Positions 60,801-64,000 of a stretch of 64,000 nt of DNA are shown piece by piece. Every line of letters begins with the position of its first letter. Position 1 is the first letter of the stretch. The DNA lies in the IMG/VR virus record IMGVR_UViG_3300037391_000010, positions 64,001 through 128,000 of that record, one strand, 5' to 3'. The translations under genes and the position numbers were made by a program. Source of the stretch: a virus. The notes under the pieces are model-generated. The model made no database searches, was not told where the DNA came from, and saw only the letters and a list, made by a program, of their open reading frames with translations.

Positions 60801-63800
60801 ACCGTGGAAGACCGTGAAGGACTGGCTAAGTGGTTTGATTGGAACACTTTACCACGTGGCGGGGCTGGAATTTACGACAAAGCCTTCGTTTTGGGCACTG
60901 TAACGGTCAAAGTCTCGTGCCGCCGTACAGGGCTCGGCAGGGCGCTTATAGGGGCTGTGCTCGACGCAGCGAAGGCTCAGGGTGCCCAAGTGTGCTTCCT
61001 GCTCGCCCATTCGCTCACAGGGCTCTCCGCGAAGGAATTGAGTGCTTTCTACAGCAGCCTTGGGTTCCAACCATACGTCATCGACCCGCCGCCGCGATGG
61101 TTCGATTCCTCGACCGCTGGCATTTTCATGAAGAAGCTGGCAGGCGTGGCAAAGCTCGCCGCCATGAACCGCATCAGCCAGCAGGACGCCGTGGATCGCA
61201 AGATGTTCGGCCCTGTCTACCATGGCACCACCGAGGAGAAACAGGAGAACATCGGGAACGAGGGCTTCAAGGTCTACATCGGTGACGCGGGATCGGGCGA
61301 CGTTGCTCACGGTTACGAAGGTAACCAACCCTATCATGACGGCATCCCTGCCCCCGTTCACCATCTGGGGTACGGCGTGTACTTCACGACCGCCAAGGCT
61401 ATCGCCAAGCAGTTCGCGGGCGGCACCACGCGAGGTATGAAGACTTACTACCTCGACGTGCCACGGCTGGAGACCATCAACTTCGGAGTACCGAAGACCA
61501 TGATGAAGTGGTGGGTGAGTCAGGGCTACGACGGGGCGCTCGCAAAGAAAGATCGCGTGGCAGCGACCAAGCAGATGACCGAGCACCTGAAGGCTCAGTT
61601 TGATGCCGTGTGGTTCAAGGGCAAGGGCATGTACAAGTTGCTCGATGGCGATCAGATTTGTGTGTTCGATTCGAGTCGCATCTATGAAGTCGATGCAGCT
61701 ATGTCGAAGCCGGGTGACATCGGCTCCAAGGTCATTCGTAAGGCCGATGGGATGAAGGGCGTCATCAAGAACATCCGTCCGATCCCGCCTGAAGTGGCAC
61801 AGCAGTATCACGGTGGGGCGGACAAGTTCTACGAGATCAAGTGGACGAAGGGCGGCACCGACCACAACGTCTACGCCCGCGATATCGATTTCGTTGGGGC
61901 GAAGGCTCAGGGCGCTACGGCGTCAATGAAGACCGCCGAAGGATTCAACGATGAGGGTTTCTGGGCAGGCGAAGGCAATGCCGCGTCTGGCGTTCTGCCA
62001 ATCTGCACCACCACGGGCCGCATCTGTCTCGCATGGCGATCACCCGATGTCCATATCGGCAATTGCTGGGGCACCATCGGTGGGGCGGTCAAGCCGGAGA
62101 TGAGCTTGTCAGAAAGTGCCAAGGCGGAACTGAAAGAAGAGACGGGGTTCGGCGGCGGTGTTACCATGATCCCCGCTTACGTGTTCAGCAGCGGGAGTTT
62201 CTCTTACCACAACTTCCTCGGAACCGTGGGCACGGAGTTCCGCTTCGCTCCGCAGAGCGAACATCACTGGGAGACCACTGGGCTCGAATGGTTCACATGG
62301 GATGAGATTCAGCAGATGGTAAAGGAAAACTCCAGCGATTTCCACCCGGGCCTCATCAGCTTGTTCAAGAGCGACGGCAAGAAGATCGAACAGCTTCTCG
62401 GCAAGCCAAAGACAGCAGCGGGCGACGATGGGGATATGCCGAACATGCTTCAAGTCTTCCCCGAACGTCCCGATGTGATGGAGACTTTCCGCCACATGCG
62501 CCCATTCGAACGGGATCGATTGATCGAGGAAGCTCAAATCGAAGAGATACATCCCGCCGATCTGAAGACAAATCAGGCGACTCTTTCACGGAAAGACCTC
62601 CAGTATTTCTTGGACAACCCCGAGGAGATCACCAAGCCGCACAGCAACGTCGGACTGAGCGACACGGAGCAGTTGTACCCGCTCGTGTGCCGCACCAGTG
62701 AAGGCGATTGGCTGTACGATGGTAATCATCGTGCGAATGCCGCCATGAAGCTCGGCATCATGCTCAAGTGCAAGGTTGTAGACCTACGGGATTACGAGGA
62801 GCCACAAGGAAAGGTTTCCAGAAAGCTCGCCGCACGAGGCGAGGTTGGCCCTGTCTATCACGGCACCGACAAGAAGTTCGACAAGTTCGAGCAGAAACCC
62901 GGCACCCGATACATTCTCTTCTCCGAGATTAAGGTACAGGCTGGTGGGTTCTTCTTCACCGATGACCCTGAGGAGGCGAAGGAGTTCGGCTCGAACGTCA
63001 TGACCTGCTACTTGAAGATGAAGAAGCCACTGATTCGGCAAGAAGACCAGTATAACTTGAGCAAAAAGCAAATCGCCGACCTGACTTACATCTGCGAGCC
63101 ATGCATGAGTGACGGCTATTCCGACTTGCAAGGCAATTCCGTCAAGACGATTGAACTTGGAGCCTTTGCCATCGATGTAGACCCAGAAGGCAACTGGCTC
63201 AACGAGATTGTGAAGCAGAACGGGCTCGATTGGAACATCTTGGATAATCAAGAAGCCGTTAATCGCATGAAAGAGCGCGGCTACGACAGCACCATGGTGG
63301 ATGAGTACAACGGCAAGTATAGCTATTGCGTGTTCTCGACCGACCAGATCAGGGTCAGTGGCGGCAAGACAGCCTCGGGTTGGAAGGACGAAGGCTTGCT
63401 CAACGAAAGCGACATGAAGAAGTGGAAACAATACTGGGACGGTCAGGGGCACAGTATCCAAGTTGACAAAGCCCACGGCGGGCTGTATCACTGCTGGATC
63501 AAGTTCGCAGCCGCCCCAGCCCGAGCATTGAAGCTCTACCATGTCACGACGGTGCCTATCGCCGAGGACATCAAGGCTCACGGCTTCAAGCCGGTCGATC
63601 AGGGTGTGTGGAAGAACTATTACGCCCCGCAGGGACGCGACGGCATCTACTTTTACGACGATCTGAAATACTCCGAGGCTTACGCCGCCTACACCGAGGG
63701 TCAACTTTACACGCGCAACATTCAGCCCGATAGACCTTGGAGTGAAAATAAGAAACACCTACCTCAGATGGCGATTATCGAAGTGCAGGTGCCCGAGGGT

Positions 63801-64000
63801 GTCGCGATTACCACCGACCAGAAAGAGGATGGGTTCTTTGTACCCACCGCTGATCTGGACAAGGTTAAGATCGTCAGCATGAACAAGTACGACTACGTTC
63901 CAGCCAACGGTAGAAAGCCGGGTGAGAAGTTCGGGGCAGCCTTCCCAACCTTCGAGCAGGTCATGGATGAATCTACCTTAAGCATGACTAATGAGTTCAT
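48822..64000 (+). CDS. Giant polyvalent effector protein/polyprotein (>5,050 aa, 3'-truncated): ~17 ADP-ribosyltransferase-fold domains, 3 GNAT, SprT-like protease, 2H phosphoesterase, GIY-YIG, 2 ParB/Srx, NUDIX and unknown modules
   Basis: Hand translation from ATG 48822 (MNPLLQMKTAAFSS...) finds no in-frame stop to the window end. Recognisable catalytic motifs occur throughout (see findings). Confidence 0.92.
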   Translation, partial: MNPLLQMKTAAFSSVREINISEDQGSAEGYTADTSAEQLQNWLDRFGYTNEEFVADLRKKYDSFAVLNNINVYEDSRGKGYGDYLLQEFLREAGDHGAGICLLVADTAEEQAKGFSLVEWYERNDFEQIASVYGGELMILGIMNPKIVAKKAAADIGQMKNIVAEMMSVLTAGLPQPEVKIINQTNRTLGQCRWLWGKKADQTWGDDNTTLEIQKKVLGHEETLRRVIAHELCHHEVALLVAKPKLLEIGYETYKRYQNIFGPDGHGKEWKEVAKRFDAKYGADFVTEKSDKDTVVDEQGKEIFILLNNYVYGRHKQRLGWQWAVGLSRQAMAYLDGIDWTSGEFKLVKTTDAVFTKGRGRIKQYTGWNLPRTPEQEQKLQDLWANAPMAKFGADEDKTAKSGPHKNATSQINLPPEAAAGMMEAAKQIPDEELGKDGREDDPHITVKYGVKPDPDLLSQVVGEQQPFTVTLGKTHVFSVSESSDAQAPIVVQCHAPELEALHNKVAEAIGTRKDDFPYVPHVTLAYVKPDVAAKYEGMDWAEGISFQVDAITLSTKGGGQVRVPFGKPRKSASHKTPPMSDTQYQNPEMGEETNAYADIPERVKGVEDLPSLESLSPDLFKTGAGSVHDLDLQDVVAWGGSLSEAQGDWNKIRAEAAERVKAEGKDWEKMPEAEQEVWLDKIGWEWLGATWEVTMNRLQSLKFPLVVYRGLGSVSLKEINKGQYKEKGTGIYWSYDENNAYVHEELAAGHSHIIMLRGVVSSPKQIDWIRTAYVNLVASDEKEINIWPGEEVQITGYKYKGEKAWKNPPKNLRQVRAAATNFKPMLFDNWCDANPMYQPDDFNEAEYRYDENVAHFSTVDFPITIYRAVQVEQGTQPNLEKAGIYWTWVENSADAYFGSGSIWDQGGPHPKNPQTLILKAKVLRSTDVDWDATLLANMLNEDENEITVEAGAQLQLIGIDYGQGYKKPAQKRVMAYGDESKNLPLRGQKGVGGQDFPLMFDPPLFSDEKEAAGRPKFYHGTAAENLDDILKNGLKASKDMSSNEWGRSVYLACDAYTAKNYEGHQGKGRGNWVILEIDGNKLHEDLLRPDDYDFRDIFESLPEEEKAKCEGNWAWCDWRISLEHSCQVAYMGDVPPDAIKVVPTPKFSAKINPKLKAWFNGSKVVDDKGQPRIVYHGSKSTWISSFDLGMEGTGTAGSTKWGGIWFTSNQGNASWFADPPEEKVEARTDDVTVYGNDPYYAAITDINGEGIFEVGPHPTEEEAERDGIAQAKMYNEHLGEDTNVQAVYLKIVNPYVTDQIPRDKEFKAARDGGHDGIIAKEVTDGVEVSDVFVVFSPNQVKSATRNVGNYDPNNQSIIAGGSTQLLPDEVELVADIAQSGGGKAFPKLEKEPLFPEDKEKTASATPEIKEEANSLRLEVGGQKIGYIGYRVDQVGKKKFAEISGLEVDKAWRRQGWGTKLYEALAAKAKREGISFLTSNLSGMTSSDAEGVWSHLIGKGYNIEEVASEDSETGKPYFKWKVAKQYGPVYHGTYHEWSDKIQNDKYKIGKFFSSDPLVAQAYGSFVHECYLTMNKPFIVDAKGESYSSIPTPEALKRWVASGMDTVDTDNIADYASKHGYDGVIIKNVVELHHQVEADDYIVFKPNQIKVKGVIEPEISPYTANKYHKQELQRRFEKKYPQTASSHTAAGLPSFNAWVKKNGGIAKILDMYDVDTAETYGSGLEEPENQADVKRYEKELHKRALADFQERYEHFIAEYQSWQFPMDVFRCISLPKPDSNAGQQHLFPDTPQAQFQQGLQAIKYNGVGIFWSWDENSAECHWGSGGPNVTLHGIINKDNVDWEGTLYANMFPALGDDEKEVRLIEGTQFELEGIQYDEKSGWSQPPVKTVTAAKAKKRVFYHATSAANINGIAQHGLKPSEKTNWGGMLGDSSLGKTFFAKTPASAMYYAMIIFRDKLEDNGQAHVPICLRVTIPEKVQLDTERAQNVQRGVHLPESEAYAPDEESWVTEGIPPANIQMFWQGKWQPVKSGDWDSMFYYEEGEGVGYVDWEGSPVGDSVPEAMADVESFTMPKKAGVMGQVYLLHFDIDPKEEIPSTREDAKKPFHARHYMGWAENAQERIDQHYKATSGVKLIEAIHAKGISFTVARIWDNVDRDFERRMKNQGGLNRHCPICKKLGLIPASRYRGKALEKQVAPATPEAGLDFVEIEKKAAAGDLANLRNYLTLSRREMGEELARNFSSYWSEFVENEHPELANLIDEDGYTDNFDTVPEDVLSDFLDQYGSRALQDDPAMAPTFLTVDYRRDVKNAWLVHFTDFPDEIAKSGFKYGMDRVETLALTTYFKEDAKKFGGYNFALDAHHRNLESLGSNYGKHCVLFQANGIETWHTGDDFEQIIFWGKDARNIIPIYDSGGYGTWSVGEDKDGNPLFESEDLSQVVEWAITNSAKLLPKAKKPKAQRAVASEMTTLYHRTRPGREGQIDTQGLSHIEGGGELWFTDDPSAYYGDSPNAMYSVEVPKEEAEAAHVGGHDYRFMGRSFAPEQIKKVGAEPWEMRQDEYAGRWNEQETEEQSGVRHQKNQDWEQNSLAALSLGKITPEQAKERGVYEAKSFIPLPQTPLYHVTTAKSQVEANGLKTRRELGQNYGKGLGGGTSMSISFTDDMSIAQGIYDNLLIARKVAAGEMTLDDLISTATKGMGANRPWIDDILKSLGGSNPKDKINVELDAIQRGVAFEHGLGRPPDDEAILPQYRKPGPWRPTPWSQHWKGGDGEEKYTYWERDLTPEEKQERVFEFFKKWSFWREQAGGGLDPLYFMSDPKALGQTPESEITILTFKAVPGAMGTRESALGEWRVYTGAAVQLTGNAAAAKMGMFNPNRANVQYNSEKGTGEWEGWNIDFSADPVKEHMLPASFVRKLKGIEQKFINVADVVETQSEHWTKSERVDEIHTQMETEKWFEAILVDEYEDQQGKYYLEEGHHRTRVAKKMGKTTIPAVIMKLEPRKPHWSLSSGIVRKSSDIAKFAFLIEVPKESRGHFWDEPPAHNLEFWAFRSRPPVLMNEKVYFTFDKMPVAETTCLKIEKPGESLCELSGKYEDHWKLYWEPKQFVKYAGATVTLYHGTCPENATALVEKGWQPNQVSSGANRGQSKYLYLTNMTDNARWFAQEHGCDTLIEVRNIPLSYIALDPEDATQDTVEAELDYNGTGLPGTVVLTQPLGAEHFHVLHGKVGSLNEKRNEKWIYHPDYGAFSQKGSIGPHATLIARTMGEGMASGWKYTEVLRGYAVIDVDQKTVTLATPTKEFIPNDVVDLFKKKYPQYDLSIPAESKAVGVTAAMPKKWYHGTSLKNAEKILKDGYLQPDQETTYDIDIPRDGAVYIADFDIAEQYAIERSGVVLEVAAPDISKLLPDEDDVYELLNDRGGELNAKGSAQAKRVKALWLKQWNDENASYNEPEKFPIYKNFEEAWKAWGEIEFEGSAELAEQMKYLTDYIVKNDPKLARAIIELAGKAAHIGPLKVVRQVKTGAPKSIWYHGSSLKNLQSIMSQGLVPEGKEKVWGDDPDAGLSAPSRQSYGGIYVTQNLMTATGAPNTEDKKARGGVLIVAMELQPNTMYLDEDNVTGVLGAPIKHLSDNTFHVLCYYLAATQEGAAETWQQEIEGMRADYIRKCLTQWESKFAERKIPFHPELKKELEKILPSVWLAGVTRAAGHVKDNYSYIRAWDQVFYGTPKEKQRPDANTVLPDASEGEAAFREAAEKVTRTLRLLARPAEESSKNQIYNMNTSRVNEPIGFSGSNHILALIEVRDRQQPAQMILHWGTIPPDFFTQWNIKFGSKYEVVDARKGQPKARGVAASAKTADDYAADYDQEVFYHATTWKIADLIDKEGLKSSDNQLTQGKKYIWCSIDMAAAKTYGRYFSQDEDNEQFAVVEFIWNYDKSEPDPEHFEEGDTYRRIESDIPRSAITKIYYFAHDQVVKTAAVEDKIKVTTAPDGRITAKHVDGSASGTVEDREGLAKWFDWNTLPRGGAGIYDKAFVLGTVTVKVSCRRTGLGRALIGAVLDAAKAQGAQVCFLLAHSLTGLSAKELSAFYSSLGFQPYVIDPPPRWFDSSTAGIFMKKLAGVAKLAAMNRISQQDAVDRKMFGPVYHGTTEEKQENIGNEGFKVYIGDAGSGDVAHGYEGNQPYHDGIPAPVHHLGYGVYFTTAKAIAKQFAGGTTRGMKTYYLDVPRLETINFGVPKTMMKWWVSQGYDGALAKKDRVAATKQMTEHLKAQFDAVWFKGKGMYKLLDGDQICVFDSSRIYEVDAAMSKPGDIGSKVIRKADGMKGVIKNIRPIPPEVAQQYHGGADKFYEIKWTKGGTDHNVYARDIDFVGAKAQGATASMKTAEGFNDEGFWAGEGNAASGVLPICTTTGRICLAWRSPDVHIGNCWGTIGGAVKPEMSLSESAKAELKEETGFGGGVTMIPAYVFSSGSFSYHNFLGTVGTEFRFAPQSEHHWETTGLEWFTWDEIQQMVKENSSDFHPGLISLFKSDGKKIEQLLGKPKTAAGDDGDMPNMLQVFPERPDVMETFRHMRPFERDRLIEEAQIEEIHPADLKTNQATLSRKDLQYFLDNPEEITKPHSNVGLSDTEQLYPLVCRTSEGDWLYDGNHRANAAMKLGIMLKCKVVDLRDYEEPQGKVSRKLAARGEVGPVYHGTDKKFDKFEQKPGTRYILFSEIKVQAGGFFFTDDPEEAKEFGSNVMTCYLKMKKPLIRQEDQYNLSKKQIADLTYICEPCMSDGYSDLQGNSVKTIELGAFAIDVDPEGNWLNEIVKQNGLDWNILDNQEAVNRMKERGYDSTMVDEYNGKYSYCVFSTDQIRVSGGKTASGWKDEGLLNESDMKKWKQYWDGQGHSIQVDKAHGGLYHCWIKFAAAPARALKLYHVTTVPIAEDIKAHGFKPVDQGVWKNYYAPQGRDGIYFYDDLKYSEAYAAYTEGQLYTRNIQPDRPWSENKKHLPQMAIIEVQVPEGVAITTDQKEDGFFVPTADLDKVKIVSMNKYDYVPANGRKPGEKFGAAFPTFEQVMDESTLSMTNEF

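Noticed and set aside
48723-63758. Many ORF-track entries in the last 15 kb (e.g. 56640..57818-, 60849..61865-, 62784..63758-, 54036..54797-)
   Set aside because: They are antisense or alternate-frame shadows of the giant + strand ORF and carry no recognisable motifs.
1-64000. Genome-wide TAG recoding (code 15)
   Set aside because: No genes in this window are fragmented by TAG, and TAG stops coincide with the starts of downstream genes.

Overview
This window is a segment of a large, probably jumbo, tailed dsDNA phage genome, mostly + strand and gene-dense. A captured Terriglobia-type TonB gene points to an Acidobacteriota host. Layout: (1) 1-8.4 kb, a glycan-synthesis cluster (GT6, GT31+GT6 fusion, GT11, GT2s, RmlB-like dehydratase, GDP-mannose-epimerase-like enzyme, methyltransferases). 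(2) 9.8-21.7 kb, large low-complexity proteins punctuated by K-x-[A/G/S] motifs, likely head or virion cargo. (3) 21.8-26.1 kb, two His-Me-finger (HNH-type) endonucleases, a CUA-anticodon (amber suppressor-type) tRNA and the large terminase. (4) 26-34 kb, a sigma-factor-like gene, TonB, holin-like genes and a tail-fibre-like protein with a DUF3494 ice-binding-like domain. (5) 34-46.5 kb, many small accessory genes. (6) 46.7 kb to the end, an effector locus: a PPase-like/RelA-SpoT fusion, a JAB/MPN protease and a giant ORF. The giant ORF (48822 to beyond 64000, >5,050 aa) is missing from the supplied ORF track because it has no stop inside the window. Translated by hand, it is a string of about 30 modules: about 17 ADP-ribosyltransferase-fold domains, 3 GNATs, a SprT-like protease, a 2H phosphoesterase, a GIY-YIG nuclease, 2 ParB/Srx domains, a NUDIX hydrolase and several unknowns. 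Nearly every junction carries a K-x-A/G/S linker. The best candidate for a new system is a protease-processed, virion-packaged effector polyprotein. All domain calls come from motifs read by eye; no database search was run.
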